Source of the DNA: Diplonema japonicum
Lineage: Eukaryota > Protista > Euglenozoa: Diplonemea
Reading direction: 5' to 3'
Assembly (NCBI GenBank): GCA_964019335.1
Contig: OZ025649.1
Span: 124,001 to 188,000 of the forward strand
DNA length: 64,000 nt
This document shows positions 31,601 through 40,540 of the stretch, in pieces. The position numbers were made by a program, and so were the translations under genes. Each line of letters starts with the position of its first letter. Positions within the stretch are counted from its first letter, which is position 1. Under the pieces are notes generated by a model, which ran no database searches, was not told the DNA's origin, and was given only the letters and a program-made list of their open reading frames with translations.

Positions 31601-32833
31601 TTCCGACACTACATCAGAGACAAGCTCAGGCGTGGTGAAGCGGAGGCCATCATGGGAAAACGGAGCTCCATGAAAGGAATGGCGACGGCAGCCGCTGTCG
31701 AGACAAACGAGCTATGGGGGAAGCTGGCGTCGTCGGACCCCATCGCAGCAAGGAACCTACGCAGGGTGATCACAGGCGCGGTTTTCTACATCCACCCACG
31801 GGGATGGCGGACGGACGCAGTGGCACACATCCCACCGACGGAGGATGAGGTGGACGAAGAAGATTCCCGAGACGACTCAGAAGACGAAGAAGAAAGAGAG
31901 GCGGGAGGAGAAGGGGAAGTCGCGGAGCTGGAGCGCATGCTGCTGGCGGAGCAGAGGCAGCAGGACGAACCCGCAACGGCACGCTGCGACGTATGCGGTC
32001 AGATGCAACAGATATCCAACATCCTGGAGCATGCACTGTGGGAGTGCGAACTGGCTGTCGAAGTAGGGCAACGGGAGGCACATGCAGGCACGACACGAAC
32101 AGGCCTAGAACCGTGCATGAGGCTCCATGGCATCCTCCCGAGGGAAGCGGCCAAGGAGGACAAGGACAGGCTCGAGAAGACCCAGCGTTACCTGCTGGCT
32201 GTGGTGGGGGAACGCGACGCAGCCTTGCAGGCAAAGAGGCAGCAGATCTACCGGACACACCAATGGCTGGAGATCACGGAGGGGGAGGCACACCCAGCAC
32301 CAACAGAGGAGGAGTTCGCGAGGCTGCAGACCGGCAACACCCTGAAGGAGTACACGAAACCGGTGCTGAAATGGCTCAAGCAGCTGCGCTGGTATGGAGG
32401 GAACAGAAGCACGGCAGTGTCGACGGTGGAGCTGGCGCTGGATTTCGAAAACGTGACCCAGAAATCCCTTGGAGGGAAGCTAGGGGAGTTGGCAGAGGTG
32501 CGACAGAAGGCCAGGAGACTGCACACGGTGATGAAGAAGGTGTGGAACACATGGGAACTAGGGAGACTGCAGAAGAAGGTGAAAGGAAGGAGGGCCTTCC
32601 CTGCTGAACCATGCAAGAGAGTACATACGCTGCGATCAATCGGAGGGACGAAGGCGGCGATCGGGTGGAGTAGAAGAGCAATCTTTGCATCAACGAAGAC
32701 CAAGTACGACCTGGAGGAGCTGGGGAAGCAATGGGCAAAGGAAAGAAGGGAAAAAGTAGCCAAGCTGGGGAGGAGGCCGGCACGACCACCGAAGAAGGAG
32801 AAACCGCTGCTGAAGGGGGATAGGTGCAGGTAG
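28601..32833 (+). CDS. LINE ORF2: APE endonuclease, reverse transcriptase, CCHC zinc knuckle (true start uncertain; frame open further upstream)
   Basis: APE motifs TVNVASL, CTQET, VVGDLN, RIDRIL and TDH. RT motifs RPITV, QYGFR, LDFAKCFDSV, GILQGCPIS and YADD (30893-30904). Knuckle CDVC...HALWEC. No RNase H recognised. Confidence 0.95.
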   Translation: MNISTVNVASLRNQLEEVTKLDMDVICTQETALTLAGQQEIERELGKVKQKKKWKPMWGPPQPGRKVEGIASNWVAQRGGLATLIREPRTALPGTLDTSDQPEEQSRRWLHTQVAIDGKRKWLHIISVYCPSGAGREETAKRETLLHYVLQKKTRELGNVPILVVGDLNTDEDRSPELCKALQTGWTDAAELCAKMRRGEQPEPTFVRENCATRIDRILANPEAVPAITDCSAYKLVKGTDHRTLTVRLQLDRFSLQVQRYMLPKGLEAAEEPAEGQGAEAVEACHFQLHLREGRITEAFETLSRCTEDLLIGQPVGTPGRAAYVGRGKHISTKNKNVCAPTTTGSIGAATIMQARLEKLRLKTRSLREQLERAMDEGSLSTTTLNTIRNVNREAAAAAVPTEPIPQDTSFIEDMLAATLDMEDAVAAQERRKRTESNTTRRREYLAEVASGRETAKLVTVARGKRQSDGTRAVKDGKLLVADPAKIDAVMRKAWKSVFSKYENKPEPPFAPFKAKYGKFIQRHEMTKTQLTGARLREVLARKSKRSAAGIDGWRMLELRKLPESVLDAWAQLFQAIEATGRWPEAVKTALVTLVPKCDDAGPLEHRPITVTSAVYRLWACTRLADILLWQEKWVHDKQYGFRTGFGTEDALMDLALDIEESLLEGKPLVGVALDFAKCFDSVPQQLVMELVEDMGMETGILRALKGMYAGMRRRFRYATGVGEEFHTTNGILQGCPISVVLINALLAVLMKQVEDGTGVRSLSYADDAYLLSQLAAALQKGVEAVEDFCKMVGMKLNVKKTKTFTTGAKAPEVKVDGEVLQAVRTVEVLGAKLRTDGQQQYNNDRAKEAMKTLSRLGATPLSFQQKARIISSTLLPSCLYDAPFSPPRTGMMELLVMETTYTLWGQRYRTRSPGAVLSVTLPGHTHHPKMTAAYKALMLMYRACRKDDQLWARCNDIAKLYREGKKALGLVGNLKQRWLPMVQATWDQLKDTMAMEKERFRHYIRDKLRRGEAEAIMGKRSSMKGMATAAAVETNELWGKLASSDPIAARNLRRVITGAVFYIHPRGWRTDAVAHIPPTEDEVDEEDSRDDSEDEEEREAGGEGEVAELERMLLAEQRQQDEPATARCDVCGQMQQISNILEHALWECELAVEVGQREAHAGTTRTGLEPCMRLHGILPREAAKEDKDRLEKTQRYLLAVVGERDAALQAKRQQIYRTHQWLEITEGEAHPAPTEEEFARLQTGNTLKEYTKPVLKWLKQLRWYGGNRSTAVSTVELALDFENVTQKSLGGKLGELAEVRQKARRLHTVMKKVWNTWELGRLQKKVKGRRAFPAEPCKRVHTLRSIGGTKAAIGWSRRAIFASTKTKYDLEELGKQWAKERREKVAKLGRRPARPPKKEKPLLKGDRCR

Positions 32834-33099
32834 AGCATGAGAACAAGGGGGCGTCTCACAAAGACTTCCTTTAACTCATATATATATTTTTTTTTATTAA
32901 TTCATGAACGATTGCCCCCCCCCCCCTTTTTTCTTTTCCATGCAAAGAAGTGTTTATCTTAAGAATACTATGTCCCGGTTTCCTTTATTTTATACCATCT
33001 GCCCCGCCCCCCCCCCCCCCCCCCCCTCCTTTTTCTTTCATCCTCTCGCTCTGTTCTTTACAAAAGCACAACAGGGATAGGACATTAAAAAAAGAAAAC

Positions 33100-34830
33100 A
33101 TGAAAACTCAGGTATTGGTAGCGGGTGGTGGTCCAGTGGGAAAGGTAGTCAGCAGTATGCTGGCGAGACAAGGGGTGGCAACGGTGTTGGTGGATCAGGA
33201 GCGGAGGGAAGGGAGGCATCCAAAGGCTCATGCAGTGACCTGCAGAAGCATGGAGATATTTAGAAGTTTAGGAAAAGGTGTAGAAGAGAAAGTAGCGAAC
33301 CATTGTCCGGAAGACAGGGAGTGGGGGTGCTTCAGGTACATGGAGAGACTGTGCGGTGAAGAGATCGCAGTGCAGGACCACATGAAGAGCGCAGCGTACA
33401 CGACACTGCTGAAGGAATCTGTTACGAAACCTGTTCACGTGTCCCAACCCCTTGTTGAGGATGTTCTGAGCGAAGTGGTGGACGAAGCTGTTCAGCAGAA
33501 CGGGCTGGTGTTTGTAAAAGGAAAAGCATGCAAATCCCTTCAACAGACTGACCGGAAGGTCACTGTGGGGATAGAAGGGAGCGACCCCATCACAGCTGAC
33601 CATGTTATTGTCTGTGACGGTGCGAACTCCACCCTTCGACACACCCTCGGTGTTAACATGACAGGGCCCGGTTCCCTCCAACAGTTCATGAGTATCCACT
33701 TCTTTAGTAAGCAGCTTGGGGAGGCGCTTAAATCCCGCCCCGGGATGCTTTACTTCGTCTTCAACCCTCAGGTCATCGCCTGCATCGTTGCACACAACCT
33801 CACCAGAGGCGAGTTCGTTGTGCAGGCCCCCTTTTATCCTCCGCACCAAACCCCTGCCGACTTCACTCCTGAGGCCTGTCTCGACCTCATCCGCGCTGCC
33901 ATCAATAGCAACACCGACCTCCCGACCGACATTGAGGTCAAGGCCGCCCATCCATGGCTCATGGCCGCGCAGATCGCCGAGAAATTCCAGATCGGGCGGT
34001 GCTTTATTGCAGGCGATGCCGCGCACAGATTCCCCCCTGCGGGCGGGCTAGGGCTCAACACCGGGCTGCAAGACGCACAAAACCTAGCATGGAAGCTCGC
34101 AGCTGTACACACCGAGAAGGCGTCCGACAAGCTGCTCGAAACCTACGAAATAGAGCGGAAGGCTGCTGACAGGTACCTTCTCGGCGTAGCACTAAGCTGC
34201 TTCGAGAAGGGGATGCGGGTTCCGGAAGAGATGTGGATGTCCAACCACACTGTGAGGACTTGGGAGCAGTCCTGCTCGAAACTTCCGTTCGGTGGCAGTG
34301 CTGTCTTCAACAAGGTGCTGGACTTGGGCAAGAATCTGACCCGTTTAGGTCCCTACAAAAAGACCTCCATCAAGAAGCTTGTCGACACGTGGGCCACCAT
34401 CCCACTGTTCTTCTCGCATGACGACTTGGGTGTTTCTTATGCTGGGCTCAAGACACATGCAATTGTGCCACATGAAAAGCACAAGCCCGCGAACCCCCCA
34501 CTTGTTGACGGGCTGTCTCAGTACGTGCCCTCCATAGCTCCTGGTGTCAGAATGCCAAGCATACATTATAACAGCGATATGCGATACGAGCTAGGCATCG
34601 CAGGAAGCGGGTGGACGCTGCTCACAAGGCACCCCCTTTCCAAGAGCAAGGTTGCACCGGTAGTGAATTACCACCACATCCATGTCACCTCCAGCCCCGA
34701 CTGGGACGCCCTTGCACCCAGCGTCCAGGCTGCCCTTGTGCGCCCTGATGGTTACACTGCATGGGTCAGCGACGAGCCCGCCACGCCTCCCACCATCAAC
34801 GCAGTGCTGTCAAGGATCCTGCGAGACTAG
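33100..34830 (+). CDS. FAD-dependent aromatic monooxygenase (FAD_binding_3, phenol/dichlorophenol hydroxylase-like)
   Basis: Motifs VLVAGGGPVG, CDGANS, AGDAAHRFPPAGGLGLNTGLQDAQNLAWKL and LVRPDGY; intronless. Confidence 0.9.
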   Translation: MKTQVLVAGGGPVGKVVSSMLARQGVATVLVDQERREGRHPKAHAVTCRSMEIFRSLGKGVEEKVANHCPEDREWGCFRYMERLCGEEIAVQDHMKSAAYTTLLKESVTKPVHVSQPLVEDVLSEVVDEAVQQNGLVFVKGKACKSLQQTDRKVTVGIEGSDPITADHVIVCDGANSTLRHTLGVNMTGPGSLQQFMSIHFFSKQLGEALKSRPGMLYFVFNPQVIACIVAHNLTRGEFVVQAPFYPPHQTPADFTPEACLDLIRAAINSNTDLPTDIEVKAAHPWLMAAQIAEKFQIGRCFIAGDAAHRFPPAGGLGLNTGLQDAQNLAWKLAAVHTEKASDKLLETYEIERKAADRYLLGVALSCFEKGMRVPEEMWMSNHTVRTWEQSCSKLPFGGSAVFNKVLDLGKNLTRLGPYKKTSIKKLVDTWATIPLFFSHDDLGVSYAGLKTHAIVPHEKHKPANPPLVDGLSQYVPSIAPGVRMPSIHYNSDMRYELGIAGSGWTLLTRHPLSKSKVAPVVNYHHIHVTSSPDWDALAPSVQAALVRPDGYTAWVSDEPATPPTINAVLSRILRD

Positions 34831-34941
34831 ATACCGTTTGAGGGCTATGGTTGTTGCCGGCCGTTTACATTTTAAATACTGCTTATCAACCTAACCTTAT
34901 CCAATTTCTTAGGATTTCTCTCGATACACATAACTAACACA

Positions 34942-36375
34942 ATGGGACGCTTGGCTTGTGCTCTGGTGGCAGCACTCATGCTGGCATCAGCAGACGGTGC
35001 TGATTCTAACTACGTGGGTGGGTACTTGCTGGTGCAGGACGTACAGCAGCTGAAGGTTCTAGCCAGCAAGGCGGGCTCCCTCCCTGTGAACAGGATGTGG
35101 CTGTCGTTCGTGTCGCCGACGATGCTGTACGTGAACGGGTCCAAGACCCTTGTCGGGACGGGGCTGAATCTCACCTCCGCAGCTGACGGCGGGTTCGCGG
35201 AAGTGCAGCAGTATGTGAAGCAGCTTGAGGCCGGTGGGGTAGAGACCTTCCTGTCGATGGGAGGGTGGAACTACAACTGTTACCCATACCTGTACATGCG
35301 CTACTCCGTGGGGGGCTACGGGACCGGCACTCCGAACTACTGGAAGATCCAGCAGTTTGGTGGAGGCAGCGTGAGCGGTTGCACGAAGGGGAACCAGTAC
35401 TGCTGGGTTTGCGAGCCGCCTTCGCAGCACACCTCGCTCGACAAGTCTTTCTCGATTTTCCCAGAGCCCGCGCACTCTGACTCGTGGAAGGCAGCCAAGG
35501 AATACGTGGCTGCAGGTGCTAACGGCGTGGCGCCGCAGTGGAATGAGAACATGATACCCGGGCAGCAGTGGACAGACCCAAAGACAGGGATTGCGACGCT
35601 AGTGCCGGGGATGACGGCGTACTTGGCGGCGGGAAGGAACCCGTACGAAGACATCGTACACCTTGCGAAGGACCTGGGGTGCGCGGGAGTGGACGTCGAC
35701 TACGAGGAGATGTGGCACGCCGACACTTTCAAGACGGGGACGGGGCCGTGGGAGCTGCAGCAGACCGTGTACAAGTACGCTGCGATCTTGAAGAATGTGG
35801 AAGCGACGATCAGGAAGGTCGCACCGAAGATGAAGCTGTCCACAGCTGCAGGGGCAGTGGGGGCGTGGGGCGGGAATTGGTGGGGCGGTAATTTGAAGGG
35901 TGTGTGGCTGAAGGTGAACCAGGCCTACCCGGACCTCATCAGCTTTATGGCAGGTGGCCCCAACTCTGGCGGTGTGAATGTGATGACCTACGACTTGAGC
36001 TCGAACGAGCAGTACCACGAGTGCCCGCAGCCCGGGGTGTGCCAGCTGGACCAGCAGGTCGCCTTCTACATGAACACCTACCAGCAGGTGCCCATCGCTG
36101 CCTCCGTCGGCTACGAGATCGGGACCCCCGCCTACCCTGACCCCACCCATGACCCGACGCATCAGCTCCCCCTCACTACCCAAATGATGGGCAACATCAT
36201 TTCGCAGACCCAGTCCTCCCACGCAGGCGGCTTCTTTTGGGAGATGTACAAGCCCGCCCAAGAAGGACAGGCCACTCCTACACAACTTGCCCAAGCACTC
36301 TGCAAAAAATTGCTGCCCGGAAGCTCAAGATGCACCGGTGAGATCCCTCCGTGGAACACGACAGCAGCACATTAG
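34942..36375 (+). CDS. Secreted GH18 glycoside hydrolase (chitinase-like)
   Basis: Signal peptide plus LSMGGWN, catalytic GVDVDYEE (DxDxE), NVMTYDL and GGFFW. Confidence 0.85.
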   Translation: MGRLACALVAALMLASADGADSNYVGGYLLVQDVQQLKVLASKAGSLPVNRMWLSFVSPTMLYVNGSKTLVGTGLNLTSAADGGFAEVQQYVKQLEAGGVETFLSMGGWNYNCYPYLYMRYSVGGYGTGTPNYWKIQQFGGGSVSGCTKGNQYCWVCEPPSQHTSLDKSFSIFPEPAHSDSWKAAKEYVAAGANGVAPQWNENMIPGQQWTDPKTGIATLVPGMTAYLAAGRNPYEDIVHLAKDLGCAGVDVDYEEMWHADTFKTGTGPWELQQTVYKYAAILKNVEATIRKVAPKMKLSTAAGAVGAWGGNWWGGNLKGVWLKVNQAYPDLISFMAGGPNSGGVNVMTYDLSSNEQYHECPQPGVCQLDQQVAFYMNTYQQVPIAASVGYEIGTPAYPDPTHDPTHQLPLTTQMMGNIISQTQSSHAGGFFWEMYKPAQEGQATPTQLAQALCKKLLPGSSRCTGEIPPWNTTAAH

Positions 36376-36733
36376 TAAATTGAAAAAGAAAAGAAGAAAA
36401 AGAAAAAAAAGAAAAAACGTACCATTCCTCCCATTCGAACGTACTTTCTATAATAAAGATTCTATACTACACCCTCCCTTGTTTCACAAGGACTTTCTTT
36501 TGTGTTCCCTACTGTGGCAAAATGTTTCTTGTTCCCCTTTGTTTGCCGCTTTTGCAACTTCGCTGCACGCAAACAGCGTCTAGCGAGCTGACACTTAGCA
36601 GTCGGCGATGCATGGCGGGGGTTTCACTTTTCTGGCGAATTGTATGCCATTCCTCTTAATCAGTGAAACTTTTCTTTCTTTTATCTATTTTTGCATGATG
36701 TACACTGAGACATACACAGGGCCCCCTTAAGGG

Positions 36734-39700
36734 ATGGTTCTATGGGTGCTGGTGGTTGTGTGCGGGCAGATCTTCCCATCAGCGCCTGTGGGGTTGGCGG
36801 AGCCTCCGAGGGTGGATTTCTTTGATGTGCCGACAAAGACGGAACTGCCGATTGTGTGGAACACCCCTGCACACGCGAGGTTCATCAATGAGCCGGGGAA
36901 CACGATCACAAACGAATTCCACATGGCCCATGTTGTTCTCGGCGATCCCATCACTGTGGGCATCGAAATATATGACGAATGGGGCACAGTGGTCATGGAC
37001 CCCTTCCTCGAGGGCACTGCCACAGCCATCTCCAGCGAAGGTGCCTTGGGCAATAACGTCGTCCCCTACACCCCATTTGGCTTCCTCTTTACCGAGCTAC
37101 GCTACACAGCCCACCCTTACTTCGCGGGTCCCTACCCCACCCACGACCACATCCTTGATGAGATCGTCTTCCGGTTTGACTTCAAAGAGAACACACGGCT
37201 GAATGGCATGCTCCTTCACGCCAGAACCGTCTATGTCTACCCCAGGCAGGGACACAAGATACAATTCTCCCTCACCAACCCTCCCGTGTGGCCCACGCTC
37301 CTTCGAGGCCCCGGATACGTTGCTTTCCCAGAAGTGCGGGTGGAGCTCGTTGACTCATTGGGAGCGCTTACGACAGGTTTGGTGGGTGTCATCATAGAGG
37401 CTACAGTGGTGGCAGAAGAGACGACGCCGCAAGGCGCGCAGGTCAGTGTCCGTGCAGGGACGGGCAAACTTGTCGTGCAGGACGGGTACGCGACGTTTCG
37501 CAACATCATAGTCGACTTCACAACCCCTAAGGGGTCCGTGACCACCACACGGCTGCAGTTCAATGTGTCGCAACACAATTTAACGGCAAGTGCAATGCCC
37601 CCACTGCGCACACCTGGCTTTGACCTGTTCAACTACCAGAACCCGTCACACTTCTCTATATCCCTTTCCAGTCACTCGAAGGCTGCCTTCGTCTCGGGTG
37701 CAGTATTTAGCTTTAACGACACATTGCCAAAGCTGGACGTTGCACTGTTGAACCCTTCTGGCACCGTTAACACCACCATCGAGAACCTTGCTGTTACTAT
37801 GTACCCCTTCCCGCTTAACACCACCTTCGAGGGCCTCGCCTCCCGCCAGATGCCTCTCGTAGACGGCGTGGCCTCATTTGACGGGCTGCGTATTACTACA
37901 CATGGCATGATGTACCTGACTTTTAAGCTGGACCTCTTGAGGCTTCCCAGCGTCTTGCCCCTCCCTCTTGACCAGGAAACAGTGACTTCCGAGTTCTCCA
38001 TCAACCCTGTAGGAGAGTATTCCCTTCGAGTGGACAGGGGGATGTTTCCTGTGAACGGCGTAGTCCTGGGACACCCCATTCCCCTCATCAACGTGACGGT
38101 GCTCAGGTCTGACGGTGCCGTCGACACGGAGAGCACTGCCACGATGACAGCAGAGAGTGACTCAGGTCTACTGGCCGACGCATGCAGGGTGGAGCAGGCC
38201 GTCTCTGGCGTCGCCACCTTCAATGACTTGTCGTACACAACACTGCCCACCAAACGGCCAAATGACACTGACGACACTCCGCCCATTCCCATTATCACCT
38301 TCACGGCTCCTCTCAGAAGGGGTGTTGTGCGGTCTATCCAGACAGTCGTTCAATTCACCAACCTATTCACCACACCACAGCAGCTGCTGACCTATGCTAC
38401 CTGTACAATACCCACGCCAACTGGAGTATCTCCCCATGTGTGGATCCCTACGGACGGTGGCGACGTGATAGGGACCGTTCCTATGGACGGGTGCATTTCC
38501 GGTGTCAGGGACTGTCTCAAATCCGAGCTGGTGACTTACGACAGCACCACCACTGTCAACACAGATGTATTCCTGGCGGAGACCTTCCAAGAGATATTCT
38601 ACATCAATGATTCATCCCATGTCCATGTTCGCCCCCTCAGCAACAGCCACCAGTACGTCCTGCAACCGGCGAATGACACTGGCTGGATACGTATGTGGGC
38701 GTGGTGCAGGGGCCTGCAAGTCCCTACCTGCGTTATGTTCCCATTTGTGTTAGGGAATGCGACTTTACCTTGGTTCCGTGAGTCACCCCCTTTTGATGTC
38801 CCTCTCATGATGCGGAACTTCACGGTTCCTCTCATCGGGAAGTACGACAACGGGAACTTATCAGTTATTCCCTTTGAGCTGACACTGAGCGATGTATTGA
38901 AGAGAAGATGGAAGGAGTGGGAGTTGATCGAGTGGGTCTGCAAGAGGGCTGCTTCGTTGCAGTTCGACAATGCGGACCGTGGTGCTGTGCCTGTTGCAGA
39001 GCAGGACGCTGCACTGCGAGGGGATTATAAACGGTGCACGACAAGTGACATGCAGCTGACTGCTGTCATCACAGCCCCAGAAGGCACCCTTAGCAACAAT
39101 GCTGTCCCTGTTGTAGATGGTGTGGCTGCTTTCAATTCATTTCATGCGGTAGGGTGGAGGGGTGTGTTTGATGTGGAGTTCCAGCTGGAGTCAAATGGGT
39201 GGGTTTTAGGGACTACCGAGATGAGGCGGTCTTGGTCGCAAAGGGCCCCTGTCCAGTGGACGAGAGGGTTTGGGAGTGAGTCCCCAGTGGTCTTTGTCGT
39301 GCCCTGGGAAGCACAAAGCATGCAGATTACGATTGAGGACGACAGAATAGTAAACACCATTCCGCCCGCGAAGACCCCTATGGAAGAAAGTCTCAGCTTC
39401 TGGCATATCCAGACCTCGCCCATATCCTGGACCACCGACGCCATCAAAGTCTTCCTCGTGGCGCTCACGGTGTCAACAAGCATCACTCTTGACCCGGCAC
39501 TTGCTGCGCTTCCACTCGAATTGAGTGCCCTCGCTACCGCAGAGTCTACAGAGACCAACCCAAACCCTCTTCTCTCAGAAGATCTAGGTGCTGCCATGCG
39601 GTGGGTCCTGTCCCCATCTCAGGACGCGGACGACGCATTGCTGATAACGTGTGTGTTCTGCGGGGTGATGCTGATCGGAGCCTTTGGGAGCATATTTATA

Positions 39701-40405
39701 AAGAGGAAGGAAAGGGGAAAGACGGAGCGGAGGGTGGAAGGAATTTTTGTGCGAATGGTGGTCGTGATGGTCCTGCCAGTGCTGACGACATCGTTGAGAC
39801 ATGTGTGGTCCAGCAAGGAGAGGGACGGTGGAGTGGTGGGAGCGGTGGTGGTGGCGGTGTTATCTACTCTTCTTGGAATGGGATCGATACTCATAAACGG
39901 GCGGGAAAAGATAAACCAAGGGTACAAAGAGGGCATTGTGCCGGCGTATGCACTGAGAATCACAGCAGGAGTGACACTAGGGGTGTTCGGTACCATGAAC
40001 GAGCAAAGGCCTCTCCCATGTGTGTTTCTCGTGGTGTTTAAGTCCATAGACGTGCTGTGGGCTGCAGTGTTTCTGCACAAGACCACTGTGCAGAACGTCT
40101 TCACACTCCTCAACGCGGTGATGCAGATCCTTGTTGCTGTCGGGCTTCTTATCAGCTCGTCGGCAAAGTCCCTTCTCTTCGTCAGCTCGCTTCTCTCCCT
40201 TCTCGTCATCATCATCAACGTCTTCGCGGCTGCCTTCTTCGCACTCCAATCCATCCGACCGACCAGCTCTTCTGAGTCATCGGAATCCGACTCCACAGAG
40301 GATAGTACCATCATCATCACCACCATCGAGAAACCGACCACTCCGCACACACCCGCCAGGGAGGTCTCTACGGCGCCTCTCAACCCCCCACCGGGCACGG
40401 AGTAG
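36734..40405 (+). CDS. Large surface protein: beta-rich Ig-like repeats + multi-pass C-terminal membrane domain
   Basis: Signal-like N-terminus; repeated DGYATFRNI, DGVASFDGL, SGVATFNDL and DGVAAFNSF; about 6-7 hydrophobic helices near the C-terminus. Confidence 0.7.
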   Translation: MVLWVLVVVCGQIFPSAPVGLAEPPRVDFFDVPTKTELPIVWNTPAHARFINEPGNTITNEFHMAHVVLGDPITVGIEIYDEWGTVVMDPFLEGTATAISSEGALGNNVVPYTPFGFLFTELRYTAHPYFAGPYPTHDHILDEIVFRFDFKENTRLNGMLLHARTVYVYPRQGHKIQFSLTNPPVWPTLLRGPGYVAFPEVRVELVDSLGALTTGLVGVIIEATVVAEETTPQGAQVSVRAGTGKLVVQDGYATFRNIIVDFTTPKGSVTTTRLQFNVSQHNLTASAMPPLRTPGFDLFNYQNPSHFSISLSSHSKAAFVSGAVFSFNDTLPKLDVALLNPSGTVNTTIENLAVTMYPFPLNTTFEGLASRQMPLVDGVASFDGLRITTHGMMYLTFKLDLLRLPSVLPLPLDQETVTSEFSINPVGEYSLRVDRGMFPVNGVVLGHPIPLINVTVLRSDGAVDTESTATMTAESDSGLLADACRVEQAVSGVATFNDLSYTTLPTKRPNDTDDTPPIPIITFTAPLRRGVVRSIQTVVQFTNLFTTPQQLLTYATCTIPTPTGVSPHVWIPTDGGDVIGTVPMDGCISGVRDCLKSELVTYDSTTTVNTDVFLAETFQEIFYINDSSHVHVRPLSNSHQYVLQPANDTGWIRMWAWCRGLQVPTCVMFPFVLGNATLPWFRESPPFDVPLMMRNFTVPLIGKYDNGNLSVIPFELTLSDVLKRRWKEWELIEWVCKRAASLQFDNADRGAVPVAEQDAALRGDYKRCTTSDMQLTAVITAPEGTLSNNAVPVVDGVAAFNSFHAVGWRGVFDVEFQLESNGWVLGTTEMRRSWSQRAPVQWTRGFGSESPVVFVVPWEAQSMQITIEDDRIVNTIPPAKTPMEESLSFWHIQTSPISWTTDAIKVFLVALTVSTSITLDPALAALPLELSALATAESTETNPNPLLSEDLGAAMRWVLSPSQDADDALLITCVFCGVMLIGAFGSIFIKRKERGKTERRVEGIFVRMVVVMVLPVLTTSLRHVWSSKERDGGVVGAVVVAVLSTLLGMGSILINGREKINQGYKEGIVPAYALRITAGVTLGVFGTMNEQRPLPCVFLVVFKSIDVLWAAVFLHKTTVQNVFTLLNAVMQILVAVGLLISSSAKSLLFVSSLLSLLVIIINVFAAAFFALQSIRPTSSSESSESDSTEDSTIIITTIEKPTTPHTPAREVSTAPLNPPPGTE

Positions 40406-40540
40406 CCCTTTTAGTTATATAATGTTGTTGTTGTGTCACTTGTTTTATAGATGTAGTTACTAGAGTTAAGCGCTATTTAGTCAGTTACTTTCTCTTCCTC
40501 TTCCTTCGAATTGGTTATTCCACAACAAAGGACCCAATAC

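Larger units (their letters stand above)
26557..32884 (+). mobile_element. Apparently full-length, intact APE-type non-LTR retrotransposon (LINE) headed by an SL exon
   Basis: SL copy, 5' UTR, ORF1, 2A-like peptide, APE-RT-CCHC ORF2 and a short 3' UTR ending in (TA)n. Abrupt switch to purine-rich composition. Possible 6-bp TSD TATTTT at 26551-26556 and 32885-32890. Confidence 0.9.
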
